This document shows positions 16,968 through 26,216 of a stretch of 39,842 nt of DNA, piece after piece. This DNA is from Escherichia phage JeanTinguely. The notes below the pieces were generated by a model that worked only from the letters and a program-made list of their open reading frames with translations, was not told the origin of the DNA and made no database searches. The stretch lies in sequence record MZ501081, one strand, 5' to 3'. The position numbers and the translations under genes are program-made. Position 1 is the stretch's first letter. Each line of letters starts with the position of its first letter.

Positions 16968-17237
16968 ATGTCTAACGTAGCTGAAACAATCCGTCTATCC
17001 GATACCGCTGACCAGTGGAACCGTCGAGTCCACATCAACGTGCGCAACGGTAAGGCGACTATGGTTTACCGCTGGAAGGACTCTAAGTCCTCTAAGAATC
17101 ACACTCAGCGTATGACGTTGACAGATGAGCAAGCACTGCGTCTGGTCAATGCGCTTACCAAAGCTGCCGTGACAGCAATTCATGAGGCTGGTCGCATCAA
17201 TGAAGCTATGGCTATCCTCGACAAGATTGATGGCTAA
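16968..17237 (+). CDS. 4.5: gp4.5 homolog, 89 aa
   Basis: RBS aggag 8 nt before ATG 16968; MSNVAETIRLSDTADQWNRRVHINVRNGKATMVYRWKD... matches T7 gp4.5. Confidence 0.75.
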   Translation: MSNVAETIRLSDTADQWNRRVHINVRNGKATMVYRWKDSKSSKNHTQRMTLTDEQALRLVNALTKAAVTAIHEAGRINEAMAILDKIDG

Positions 17238-17245
17238 GAGTGGTA

Positions 17246-17278
17246 TCCTCAAGGTCGCCCGAGTGGTGGCCTTCATGA
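17246..17278 (+). promoter_or_regulatory. RNase III processing site R4.7
   Basis: tcctcaaggtcgcccgagtggtggccttcatg. Confidence 0.5.
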
Positions 17279-17281
17279 ATA

Positions 17282-17304
17282 CTATTCGACTCACTATAGG
17301 AGAT
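17282..17304 (+). promoter_or_regulatory. T7 RNAP promoter phi4.7
   Basis: ctattcgactcactataggagat. Confidence 0.7.
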
Positions 17305-17310
17305 ATTACC

Positions 17311-17718
17311 ATGCGTGACCCTAAAGTTATCCAAGCAGAAATCGCTAAGTTGGAAGCTGAACTGGAGGACGTTAAGTGCCATGAAGCTAAGACTCGCTCC
17401 GCTGTTCACATCTTGAAGAACTTAGGCTGGACTTGGACAAGACAGACTGGCTGGAAGAAACCAGAAGTTAACAAACTGAGCCACAAGGTGTTCGATAATG
17501 ACACTATGACCCACATCAAGGCTGGAGATTGGGTTAAGGTTGACACTGGAGTCGGTGGTGGTTATGGCTATGTACGCTCAGTTAGTGGTAAATTTGCACA
17601 AGTGTCATACATCAACGGTGTTAACCCGCAAGGTGCAATCGTTGCCTATAAGACCGATATGATTCACACAGATTTCTTGACAGTTGTCTCATATGCAGAG
17701 ATTGTTAAGTTACAATAA
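17311..17718 (+). CDS. 4.7: gp4.7 homolog, 135 aa
   Basis: ATG after the phi4.7 transcript start; MRDPKVIQAEIAKLEAELEDVK...; the ORF-track start at 17182 runs through the promoter and is trimmed. Confidence 0.8.
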   Translation: MRDPKVIQAEIAKLEAELEDVKCHEAKTRSAVHILKNLGWTWTRQTGWKKPEVNKLSHKVFDNDTMTHIKAGDWVKVDTGVGGGYGYVRSVSGKFAQVSYINGVNPQGAIVAYKTDMIHTDFLTVVSYAEIVKLQ

Positions 17719-17736
17719 TCAATAGGAGAAATCAAT

Positions 17737-19695
17737 ATGATCGTTTCTGACATCGAAGCTAACGCCCTCTTAGAGAGCGTCACTAAGTTCCACTGCGGGG
17801 TTATCTACGACTACTCCACCACTGAGTACGTAAGCTACCGTCCGAGTGACTTCGGTGCGTATCTGGATGCGCTGGAAGCCGAGGTTTCACGAGGCGGTCT
17901 TATTGTGTTCCACAACGGTCACAAGTATGACGTGCCTGCATTGACCAAACTGGCAAAGTTACAGTTGAACAGAGAGTTCCACCTTCCTCGTGAGAACTGT
18001 ATTGACACCCTTGTGCTGTCACGTTTGATTCACTCTAACCTAAAGGACACCGATATGGGTCTCCTGCGTTCCGGTAAGTTGCCGGGGAACCGCTTTGGGT
18101 CTCACGCTTTGGAGGCGTGGGGTTATCGCTTAGGCGAAATGAAGGGTGAATACAAGGACGACTTTAAGCGTATGCTTGAAGAGCAAGGTGAAGAATACGT
18201 TGACGGAATGGAGTGGTGGAACTTCAACGAAGAGATGATGGCCTATAACGTTCAGGACGTTGTGGTCACTAAAACTCTCCTTGAGAAGCTACTCTCTGAC
18301 AAACATTACTTCCCTCCTGAGATTGACTTTACGGACGTAGGATACACTACGTTCTGGTCAGAATCCCTTGAGGCCGTTGACATTGAGCATCGTGCTGCAT
18401 GGCTACTCGCTAAGCAAGAGCGCAATGGGTTCCCGTTTGACACGAAAGCAATCGAAGAATTGTACGTAGAGTTAGCTGCGAGACGCTCTGAGTTGCTACG
18501 TAAATTGACAGAAACGTTCGGCTCGTGGTATCAGCCGAAAGGTGGCACTGAGATGTTCTGCCATCCACGAACAGGTAAGCCACTGCCTAAATACCCTCGC
18601 ATTAAGATACCTAAAGTTGGTGGTATCTTTAAGAAGCCTAAGAACAAGGCACAGCGAGAAGGCCGTGAGCCTTGCGAACTGGACACCCGCGAGTACGTTG
18701 CTGGTGCTCCTTATACGCCAGTTGAGCACGTAGTGTTTAACCCATCGTCTCGTGACCACATTCAGAAGAAACTCCAAGAGGCTGGGTGGGTCCCCACGAA
18801 GTACACCGATAATGGTGCGCCTGTGGTGGACGATGAGGTACTCGAAGGAGTACGTGTAGATGACCCTGAGAAGCAAGCTGCCATCGACCTCATTAAAGAG
18901 TACCTGATGATTCAGAAGCGAATCGGACAGTCTGCTGAGGGAGACAAGGCGTGGCTTCGTTACGTTGCTGAGGACGGTAAGATTCATGGTTCTGTTAATC
19001 CCAACGGCGCTGTTACTGGGCGCGCTACTCACGCTTTCCCTAACCTCGCACAAGTACCCGGTGTCCGTTCTCCTTATGGTGATAAGTGCCGCGCTGCTTT
19101 TGGCGCTGAACATCACCTAGACGGTATTACTGGTAAGCCTTGGGTTCAGGCTGGCATCGACGCATCCGGTCTGGAGCTACGCTGCTTGGCCCACTTCATG
19201 GCTCGCTTTGATAACGGTGAGTACGCTAGAGAGATTCTTCATGGCGACATCCACACTAAAAACCAGCTAGCTGCTGAATTACCTACCCGTGATAACGCAA
19301 AGACGTTCATCTATGGGTTCCTCTATGGTGCTGGCGATGAGAAGATTGGGCAGATTGTTGGTGCTGGTAAAGAGCGCGGTAAGGAACTCAAGAAGAAATT
19401 CCTTGAGAACACACCCGCGATTGCAGCACTCCGCGAGTCTATCCAACAGACACTTGTCGAGTCCTCTCAGTGGGTAGCTGGTGAGCAACAAGTCAAGTGG
19501 AAACGCCGCTGGATTAAAGGTCTGGATGGTCGTAAGGTACACGTTCGTAGTCCTCACGCTGCCTTGAATACACTACTGCAATCTGCTGGTGCTCTTATCT
19601 GCAAACTGTGGATTATCAAGACCGAAGAGATGCTAGTAGAGAAAGGCTTGAAGCATGGCTGGGATGGGGACTTTGCGTACATGGCATGGGTGCAT
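17737..19695 (+). CDS. 5: DNA polymerase (gp5) exon 1, codons 1-653
   Basis: [69 protein letters not shown]... colinear with T7 DNA polymerase up to ...DFAYMAWVH; the frame then hits a stop 8 codons later. Confidence 0.9.
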
Positions 19696-20296
19696 AAACT
19701 ATCTCATTGTGCACATTAAATCTGGTGAACTCGGTGAAACCCTTCTGGGGCAATACCGAGCCAAGCCATAGGGAGGATATATGAGAGGCAAGAAGTTAAT
19801 CCTTGCGGCCACAGAGAGTGGTTGTATCATCCCTACGTCGCACAAACTTAATGCTGATGGTTATTTCCGAAAGAAGACGAACGGTGTCCTAGAGATGTAT
19901 CACAGGACAGTCTGGAAGGAACACTACGGAGATATACCAGAAGGGTATGAAGTAGACCACAAGTGTAGGAACAGGGCGTGCTGTAACGTAGAGCACCTCC
20001 AGTTACTAGAAGGTTCTGAGCATACAGTCAAGACAAACAGGGAACGCTACGCTGACCGTAAAGAGTCCGCGAAGGAATACTTGTTGGAGACTGGATGTAC
20101 AGGAACACACTTAGGTGAGAAGTTTGGTGTAACGTTCTCTGCCGCTTGTAAGTGGATTAGAGAGTGGAAGGCGTAGAGACTATCCGAAAGGAGTAGGGCC
20201 GAGGGTGAAATTCCCTCGTTACCCGAAGCGCCAGACAGTCAACTCAAAGGCTGATGATATAGTCCGACACTCCTAGTAATAGGAGAATACAGAAAG
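19696..20296 (+). mobile_element. Group I-type intron (601 nt) in gene 5 carrying an HNH homing-endonuclease ORF
   Basis: Interrupts an otherwise colinear 704-codon gene; preceded by exon U (19695), ends in G (20296); intron gugcac (19709-19714) can pair with exon-terminal gugcau (19690-19695) to form a P1 helix with a U-G wobble at the splice site. Confidence 0.75.
19781..20176 (+). CDS. Intron-encoded HNH homing endonuclease, 131 aa
   Basis: RBS gggagga before ATG; HNH motif ...YHRTVWKEHYGDIPEGYEVDHKCRNRACCNVEHLQLLEGSEH... Confidence 0.85.
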   Translation: MRGKKLILAATESGCIIPTSHKLNADGYFRKKTNGVLEMYHRTVWKEHYGDIPEGYEVDHKCRNRACCNVEHLQLLEGSEHTVKTNRERYADRKESAKEYLLETGCTGTHLGEKFGVTFSAACKWIREWKA

Positions 20297-20452
20297 GATG
20301 AGATTCAAGTAGGTTGCCGTACCGAAGAGATTGCTCAGGTGGTCATTGAGACCGCACAAGAAGCAATGCGCTGGGTTGGAGACCACTGGAACTTCCGGTG
20401 TCTTCTGGATACCGAAGGTAAGATTGGTCCGAATTGGGCAGTATGTCACTAA
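20297..20452 (+). CDS. 5: DNA polymerase (gp5) exon 2, C-terminal 51 codons
   Basis: DEIQVGCRTEEIAQVVIETAQEAMRWVGDHWNFRCLLDTEGKIGPNWAVCH matches the C-terminus of T7 gp5; no start codon or RBS of its own; exon1+exon2 = 704 aa. Confidence 0.85.
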   Translation, partial: DEIQVGCRTEEIAQVVIETAQEAMRWVGDHWNFRCLLDTEGKIGPNWAVCH

Positions 20453-20471
20453 TTCTATAGGAGAAATTATT

Positions 20472-20768
20472 ATGGCTATCACTAAGAAATTTAAAGTGTC
20501 CTTTGATGTTACCCTTAAGCTGGACAGCGAGACCGAAGAACTGATGCTGGAAAAGATTCTGGACTTAGCCCATCGTGCTGGTGCTGGTGAGGAGATTGCT
20601 CCTATGGACCGAGAGTTGCTAGTTCAGGCCCTGACACATGGTCCAGACGGTGCTGCCACATTTGCTGTACGACAAGGTATCCGCAATGCTGTCAAGGATA
20701 TGTTCGAAGAGTCTGGTGATAAATCACTGTTCAAAGTATCTCCTGCAACTGTACGGGAGGTGTTCTGA
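20472..20768 (+). CDS. 5.5: gp5.5 homolog (H-NS-binding protein in T7), 98 aa
   Basis: MAITKKFKVSFDVTLKLDSE...SPATVREVF; N- and C-termini match T7 gp5.5. Confidence 0.8.
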   Translation: MAITKKFKVSFDVTLKLDSETEELMLEKILDLAHRAGAGEEIAPMDRELLVQALTHGPDGAATFAVRQGIRNAVKDMFEESGDKSLFKVSPATVREVF

Positions 20769-20977
20769 TGTCTGACTACTTGAAAGTGCTGCAAGCAATC
20801 AAAAGTTGCCCTAAGACTTTCCAGTCCAACTATGTACGGAACAATGCGAGCCTCGTAGCGGAGGCCGCTTCCCGTGGTCACATCTCGTGCCTGACCACTA
20901 GTGGACGTAACGGTGGTGCTTGGGAAATCACTGCTTCTGGTACTCGTTTTCTTAAACGAATGGGAGGGTGTGTATAA
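20768..20977 (+). CDS. 5.7: gp5.7 homolog, 69 aa
   Basis: MSDYLKVLQAIKSCPKTFQSNYVRNNASLVAEAASRGHISCLTTSGRNGGAWEITASGTRFLKRMGGCV; start overlaps the 5.5 stop. Confidence 0.85.
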   Translation: MSDYLKVLQAIKSCPKTFQSNYVRNNASLVAEAASRGHISCLTTSGRNGGAWEITASGTRFLKRMGGCV

Positions 20978-21135
20978 TGTCTAGCGACCTTGTGACTATT
21001 CCACGCGATGTGTGGAACGATATGCAGGGCTACATCGACTCTCTGGAACGTGAGAACGATAGCCTTAAGAATCAACTAATGGAAGCTGACGAATACGTAG
21101 CGGAACTAGAGGAGAAACTTAATGGCGCTTCTTGA
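20977..21135 (+). CDS. 5.9: gp5.9 homolog (RecBCD inhibitor in T7), 52 aa
   Basis: MSSDLVTIPRDVWNDMQGYIDSLERENDSLKNQLMEADEYVAELEEKLNGAS; below ORF-track cutoff. Confidence 0.8.
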   Translation: MSSDLVTIPRDVWNDMQGYIDSLERENDSLKNQLMEADEYVAELEEKLNGAS

Positions 21136-22024
21136 CCTTAAACAATTCTACGAGTTACGTGAAGGCTGTGACGACAAGGGTATCCTTGTGATGGATGGAG
21201 ACTGGCTGGTCTTCCAAGCGATGAGTGCTGCTGAGTTTGATGCCTCATGGGAGGAAGAGATTTGGCACCGCTGCTGTGACCATGCTAAGGCACGTCAGAT
21301 TCTTGATGATTCCATTAAGTCCTATGAGACCCGTAAGAAGGCTTGGGTAGGTGCTCCGATTGTACTTGCGTTCACCGATAGTGTTAACTGGCGTAAAGAA
21401 CTGGTTGACCAGAACTACAAGGCTAACCGTAAGGCCGCTAAGAAGCCTGTAGGTTACTTTGAGTTCCTTGATGCCCTCTTTGAGCGAGAAGAGTTCTATT
21501 GCATCCGTGAGCCTATGCTTGAGGGTGATGACGTTATGGGAGTTATTGCTTCCAATCCGTCTGCCTTCGGTGCTCGTAAGGCGGTAATCATCTCGTGCGA
21601 TAAGGACTTTAAGACCATCCCTAACTGTGACTTCCTGTGGTGTACCACTGGTAACATCCTGACTCAGACCGAAGAGTCCGCTGACTGGTGGCACCTCTTC
21701 CAGACAATCAAAGGTGACATCACCGATGGTTACTCAGGGATTGCCGGATGGGGTGATACCGCCGAGGACTTCTTGAATAACCCGTTCATAGTCGAGCCTA
21801 AAACGTCTGTGCTTAAGTCTGGCAAGAACAAAGGCCAAGAGGTTACTAAATGGGTTAAACGCGACCCTGAGCCTCATGAGACGCTTTGGGACTGCATTAA
21901 GTCCATTGGCGCTAAGGCTGGTATGACCGAAGAGGATATTATCAAGCAGGGCCAGCTGGCTCGCATCCTTCGGTTCAACGAGTACAACTTTATTGACAAG
22001 GAGATTTACCTGTGGAGACCGTAG
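21122..22024 (+). CDS. 6: 5'-3' exonuclease (gp6), 300 aa
   Basis: MALLDLKQFYELREGCDDKGILVMDGDWLVFQAMSAAEFD... near-identical to T7 gp6. Confidence 0.95.
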   Translation: MALLDLKQFYELREGCDDKGILVMDGDWLVFQAMSAAEFDASWEEEIWHRCCDHAKARQILDDSIKSYETRKKAWVGAPIVLAFTDSVNWRKELVDQNYKANRKAAKKPVGYFEFLDALFEREEFYCIREPMLEGDDVMGVIASNPSAFGARKAVIISCDKDFKTIPNCDFLWCTTGNILTQTEESADWWHLFQTIKGDITDGYSGIAGWGDTAEDFLNNPFIVEPKTSVLKSGKNKGQEVTKWVKRDPEPHETLWDCIKSIGAKAGMTEEDIIKQGQLARILRFNEYNFIDKEIYLWRP

Positions 22025-22125
22025 CGTATATTGGTCTTGGTCTTTGTGGTATCGGAGTGTGCCTCATTTCGTGGGGCCTTTTGGACTTAGCCAGAATAAT
22101 CAAGTCGTTACACGACACTAAGTAA
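22012..22125 (+). CDS. 6.3: gp6.3 homolog, 37 aa
   Basis: GTG start overlapping the end of gene 6; ...AYIGLGLCGIGVCLISWGLLDLARIIKSLHDTK. Confidence 0.55.
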   Translation: METVAYIGLGLCGIGVCLISWGLLDLARIIKSLHDTK

Positions 22126-22127
22126 TA

Positions 22128-22195
22128 AACTCAAGGTCCCTAAATTAATACGACTCACTATAGGGAGATAGGGGCCTTTATGATTATTACTTTAA
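22128..22195 (+). promoter_or_regulatory. RNase III processing site R6.5 (flanks the phi6.5 promoter)
   Basis: actcaaggtccc ... ggggcctttatgatt arms flank the promoter. Confidence 0.5.
22146..22168 (+). promoter_or_regulatory. T7 RNAP class III promoter phi6.5
   Basis: Perfect 23-bp consensus taatacgactcactatagggaga. Confidence 0.9.
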
Positions 22196-22222
22196 GATTT
22201 AACTCTAAGAGGAATCTTTATC

Positions 22223-22477
22223 ATGTTAACACCTATTAACCAATTACTTAAGAACCCTAACGATATTCCAGATGTACCTCGTGCAACCGCTGAGTATCTA
22301 CAGGTTCGATTCAACTATGCGTACCTCGAAGCATCTGGTCATATAGGACTTATGCGTGCTAATGGTTGTAGTGAAGCTCACATCTTGGGTTTCATTCAGG
22401 GCCTACAGTATGCCTCTAACGTCATTGACGAGATTGAGTTGCGCAAGGAACAACTAAGAGATGATGGGGAGGATTAA
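22223..22477 (+). CDS. 6.5: gp6.5 homolog, 84 aa
   Basis: [40 protein letters not shown]... Confidence 0.8.
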
Positions 22478-22481
22478 CCTT

Positions 22482-22748
22482 ATGTGTTTCTCACCGAAAG
22501 TTAAAGTTCCGAAGATGGATACCAATCAGATTCGAGCCGTTGAGCCAGCGCCTCTGACCAAAGAAGTGGCAAGCGTGGAGTTCGGTGGGTCTTCTGATGA
22601 GACGGATACCGAAGGCACCGAAGTGTCTGGACGCAAAGACCTAAAGGTCGAACGCGACGATTCCGTAGCGAAGTATAAAGCCAGTGGTACTGGTTCCGCT
22701 CGTATGAAATCTTCAATCCGTAAGTCCGCATTTGGAGGTAAGAAGTGA
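22482..22748 (+). CDS. 6.7: gp6.7 homolog (virion protein), 88 aa
   Basis: MCFSPKVKVPKMDTNQIRAVEPAPL...; RBS ggagga upstream; the ORF-track start at 22461 is trimmed. Confidence 0.8.
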   Translation: MCFSPKVKVPKMDTNQIRAVEPAPLTKEVASVEFGGSSDETDTEGTEVSGRKDLKVERDDSVAKYKASGTGSARMKSSIRKSAFGGKK

Positions 22749-23149
22749 TGTCTGAGTTCACATGTGTGGAGGCTAAGAGTCGCTTCCGTGCAATCAGGTG
22801 GACTGTGGAACACCTTGGGTTGCCTAAGGGATTTGAAGGACACTTCATAGGTTACAGCCTCTACGTGGATGAAGTAATGGATATGTCTGGTTGTCGTGAA
22901 GAGTACATTCTGGACTCTACCGGAAAACATGTAGCGTACTTCGCGTGGTGCGTAAGCTGTGACATTCACCACAAGGGAGACATTCTGGACGTTACGTCAG
23001 TTGTTATTAATCCTGAGGCAGACTCTAAGGGCTTACAGCGATTCCTAGCGAAACGCTTTAAGTACCTTGCAGAACTCCACGATTGCGATTGGGTGTCTCG
23101 TTGTAAGCATGAAGGCGAGACAATGCGTGTATACTTTAAGGAGGTATAA
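22748..23149 (+). CDS. 7: gp7 homolog (host-range / virion protein), 133 aa
   Basis: MSEFTCVEAKSRFRAIRWTVEHLGLPKGFEGHF...; ATG overlaps the 6.7 stop. Confidence 0.85.
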   Translation: MSEFTCVEAKSRFRAIRWTVEHLGLPKGFEGHFIGYSLYVDEVMDMSGCREEYILDSTGKHVAYFAWCVSCDIHHKGDILDVTSVVINPEADSKGLQRFLAKRFKYLAELHDCDWVSRCKHEGETMRVYFKEV

Positions 23150-23152
23150 GTT

Positions 23153-23473
23153 ATGGGTAAGAAAGTTAAGAAGGTAGTGAAGAAAGTCACCAAGCCAATT
23201 ACGAAAGCTGTGAAGAAAGTTACCAAGGAAGTGACTCGTCCTATTAAACAGGTCGCTGGTGCGCTGGCAGGTGGTGCTGGTGAAGCACAGGTGGTTGAAG
23301 TTCCACAACCAACAGCCGCTGCTACTCCTGCTGCACAAATTGTTGACGTACCTGAGAAAGAGGTTTCCACTGAGGACGAAGCACAGACAGAAAGCGGACG
23401 CAAGAAAGCTCGTTCTGGCGGTAAGAAGTCCTTGAGTGTAGCCCGTAGCTCCGGTGGCGGCATCAACATTTAA
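23153..23473 (+). CDS. 7.3: gp7.3 homolog (tail-associated protein), 106 aa
   Basis: Lys-rich repeats MGKKVKKVVKKVTKPITKAVKKVTKEV... Confidence 0.85.
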   Translation: MGKKVKKVVKKVTKPITKAVKKVTKEVTRPIKQVAGALAGGAGEAQVVEVPQPTAAATPAAQIVDVPEKEVSTEDEAQTESGRKKARSGGKKSLSVARSSGGGINI

Positions 23474-23487
23474 TCAGGAGGTGACAC

Positions 23488-25098
23488 ATGGCTGAGAAGC
23501 GTACAGGTCTAGCCGAGGAAGGCGCAAAGTCGGTCTATGAGCGATTAAAGAACGACCGTGCTCCTTATGAGACTCGTGCCCAAAACTGCGCTCAGTACAC
23601 CATTCCGTCCCTCTTCCCAAAGGATTCCGATAACTCATCCACAGACTACACAACTCCGTGGCAAGCTGTGGGTGCTCGCGGTCTCAATAACTTGGCCTCC
23701 AAGCTCATGCTGGCTCTCTTCCCGATGCAAACGTGGATGAAACTGACCATCTCTGAGTATGAGGCCAAACAGTTACTGAACGACCCCGATGGACTCGCTA
23801 AGGTCGATGAGGGTCTCTCGATGGTAGAGCGTATCATCATGAACTACATTGAGTCTAACAGCTACCGAGTGACTCTCTTTGAGGCTCTCAAACAGTTAGT
23901 CGTAGCGGGTAACGTCCTGCTGTACCTACCGGAACCGGAAGGGTCAAACTATAATCCCATGAAGCTGTACCGATTGTCTTCTTATGTGGTCCAACGAGAC
24001 GCATTCGGCAACGTTCTGCAAATGGTGACTCGTGACCAGATAGCTTTTGGTGCTCTCCCTGAGGACATCCGTAAGGCTGTAGAAGGTCAAGGTGGTGAGA
24101 AGAAACCTGATGAGACCATTGATGTGTACACTCACATCTACTTGGACGAAGAGTCAGACGAATATCTCCGCTACGAAGAGGTTGAAGGTATGGAGATACA
24201 AGGCTCCGATGGGGCGTATCCGAAAGATGCTTGCCCATACATCCCGATTCGAATGGTTCGTCTGGACGGTGAATCCTACGGTCGTTCGTACATTGAGGAA
24301 TACTTAGGCGACTTACGGTCCCTTGAGAATCTCCAAGAGGCTATCGTCAAGATGTCCATGATTAGCTCTAAGGTTATCGGCTTAGTGAATCCTGCTGGTA
24401 TCACCCAGCCACGCCGACTGACCAAAGCTCAGACTGGTGACTTCGTTACTGGTCGTCCAGAAGACATCTCGTTCCTCCAGCTAGAGAAGCAAGCAGACTT
24501 TACTGTAGCCAAGGCTGTAAGTGACGCTATTGAGGCTCGACTTTCGTTTGCCTTTATGTTGAACTCTGCGGTTCAGCGCACAGGTGAACGTGTGACCGCC
24601 GAAGAGATTCGGTATGTCGCTTCTGAACTTGAAGATACTTTAGGTGGTGTCTACTCTATCCTTTCTCAAGAATTACAATTGCCTCTGGTACGAGTGCTCT
24701 TGAAGCAACTACAAGCCACGCAACAGATTCCTGAGTTACCTAAGGAAGCCGTAGAGCCAACCATTAGTACAGGTCTGGAAGCAATCGGTCGCGGTCAAGA
24801 CCTTGATAAGCTGGAGCGTTGTGTCGCTGCGTGGGCTGCTCTTGCTCCTATGCGTGATGACCCTGACATCAACCTTGCTATGATTAAGTTGCGCATTGCT
24901 AACGCTATCGGTATTGACACTTCTGGTATCCTTCTTACCGAAGAACAGAAGCAACAGAAGATGGCTCAACAGTCTATGCAAATGGGTATGGATAGTGGTG
25001 CTGCTGCGCTTGGTCAAGGTATGGCTGCGCAGGCCACAGCTTCACCTGAGGCTATGGCTGCTGCCGCTGATTCCGTAGGTCTACAGCCGGGAATTTAA
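23488..25098 (+). CDS. 8: Portal (head-tail connector) protein gp8, 536 aa
   Basis: MAEKRTGLAEEGAKSVYERLKNDRAPYETRAQNCAQYTIPSLFPKDSDN... colinear with T7 gp8. Confidence 0.97.
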   Translation: MAEKRTGLAEEGAKSVYERLKNDRAPYETRAQNCAQYTIPSLFPKDSDNSSTDYTTPWQAVGARGLNNLASKLMLALFPMQTWMKLTISEYEAKQLLNDPDGLAKVDEGLSMVERIIMNYIESNSYRVTLFEALKQLVVAGNVLLYLPEPEGSNYNPMKLYRLSSYVVQRDAFGNVLQMVTRDQIAFGALPEDIRKAVEGQGGEKKPDETIDVYTHIYLDEESDEYLRYEEVEGMEIQGSDGAYPKDACPYIPIRMVRLDGESYGRSYIEEYLGDLRSLENLQEAIVKMSMISSKVIGLVNPAGITQPRRLTKAQTGDFVTGRPEDISFLQLEKQADFTVAKAVSDAIEARLSFAFMLNSAVQRTGERVTAEEIRYVASELEDTLGGVYSILSQELQLPLVRVLLKQLQATQQIPELPKEAVEPTISTGLEAIGRGQDLDKLERCVAAWAALAPMRDDPDINLAMIKLRIANAIGIDTSGILLTEEQKQQKMAQQSMQMGMDSGAAALGQGMAAQATASPEAMAAAADSVGLQPGI

Positions 25099-25118
25099 TA
25101 CGACTCACTATAGGGAGA
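25096..25118 (+). promoter_or_regulatory. T7 RNAP class III promoter phi9
   Basis: Perfect consensus; overlaps the gene 8 stop codon. Confidence 0.9.
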
Positions 25119-25194
25119 GTAAGACTTCGAGGCAATCCGTACTGCGGACCTTCGCTGCGTCTCCCTGTAGTTCAACTTTAAGGAGACAATAATA

Positions 25195-26118
25195 ATGGCT
25201 GAATCTAATGCAGACGTATATGCATCTTTTGGCGTGAACTCCGCTGTGATGTCTGGTGGTTCAATTGAGGAACATGAACAGAACATGCTGGCTCTTGATG
25301 TTGCTGCCCGTGATGGCGATGATGCAATCGAGTTAGCGTCCGACGAAGTGGAAACAGGACGTGACCTGTATGACAACTCTGACCCGTTCGGTCAAGAGGA
25401 TGACGAAGGTCGCATTCAGGTTCGTATTGGTGATGGCTCTGAGCCGACCGATGTGGACACTGGTGAAGAAGGCTTTGAGGACACCGAAGGTTCCGAAGAG
25501 TTTACACCGCTGGGTGAGACTCCAGAAGAACTGGTAGCTGCCTCTGAGCAACTTGGTGAGCACGAAGAGGGCTTCCAAGAGATGATTAACATTGCTGCCG
25601 AGCGTGGAATGAGCGCCGAGACCATCGAGGCCATCCAGCGTGAGTACGAGGAGAACGAAGAGTTGTCCGCTGAGTCCTACGCTAAGCTGGCTGAAATTGG
25701 CTACACTAAGGCTTTCATTGACTCGTACATTCGTGGTCAAGAAGCTCTGGTGGAGCAGTACGTAAACAGTGTCATTGAGTACGCTGGCGGTCGTGAACGT
25801 TTTGATGCACTGTATAATCACCTTGAGACGCACAACCCTGAGGCTGCACAGTCGCTTGACAATGCGTTGACCAATCGTGACTTAGCGACAGTTAAGGCTA
25901 TCATCAACTTGGCTGGTGAGTCTCGCGCTAAGGCGTTCGGTCGTAAGCCAACTCGTAGTGTGACTAATCGTGCTATTCCGGCTAAACCTCAGGCTACCAA
26001 GCGTGAAGGCTTTGCTGACCGTAGCGAGATGATTAAAGCTATGAGCGACCCTCGGTATCGCACAGATGCCAACTATCGTCGTCAAGTCGAACAGAAAGTA
26101 ATCGATTCGAACTTCTGA
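25195..26118 (+). CDS. 9: Capsid assembly (scaffolding) protein gp9, 307 aa
   Basis: Acidic ORF MAESNADVYASFGVNSAVMSGGSIEEHEQNML... matches T7 gp9. Confidence 0.95.
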   Translation: MAESNADVYASFGVNSAVMSGGSIEEHEQNMLALDVAARDGDDAIELASDEVETGRDLYDNSDPFGQEDDEGRIQVRIGDGSEPTDVDTGEEGFEDTEGSEEFTPLGETPEELVAASEQLGEHEEGFQEMINIAAERGMSAETIEAIQREYEENEELSAESYAKLAEIGYTKAFIDSYIRGQEALVEQYVNSVIEYAGGRERFDALYNHLETHNPEAAQSLDNALTNRDLATVKAIINLAGESRAKAFGRKPTRSVTNRAIPAKPQATKREGFADRSEMIKAMSDPRYRTDANYRRQVEQKVIDSNF

Positions 26119-26131
26119 TAGACTCTGAAAT

Positions 26132-26154
26132 TAATACGACTCACTATAGGGAGA
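26132..26154 (+). promoter_or_regulatory. T7 RNAP class III promoter phi10
   Basis: Perfect consensus followed by gggagaccacaacggtttccc and the strong RBS aaggagacatacatATG. Confidence 0.92.
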
Positions 26155-26216
26155 CCACAACGGTTTCCCTATAGAAATCATTCTTTGTTTAACGTTCTTA
26201 AGAAGGAGACATACAT

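Noticed and set aside
17182-17718. ORF-track start at 17182 for gene 4.7 (178 aa)
   Set aside because: The upstream extension runs through the R4.7 hairpin and the phi4.7 promoter; the homologous start is ATG 17311, giving the 135-aa product.
18496-19116. 206-aa minus-strand ORF inside the DNA polymerase gene
   Set aside because: Antisense to gene 5 exon 1; no expression signals; no recognisable motifs.
20331-20768. ORF-track start at 20331 giving a 145-aa product overlapping gene 5 exon 2
   Set aside because: The N-terminal extension overlaps the conserved polymerase C-terminus in another frame; the homologous gp5.5 start with RBS is ATG 20472.
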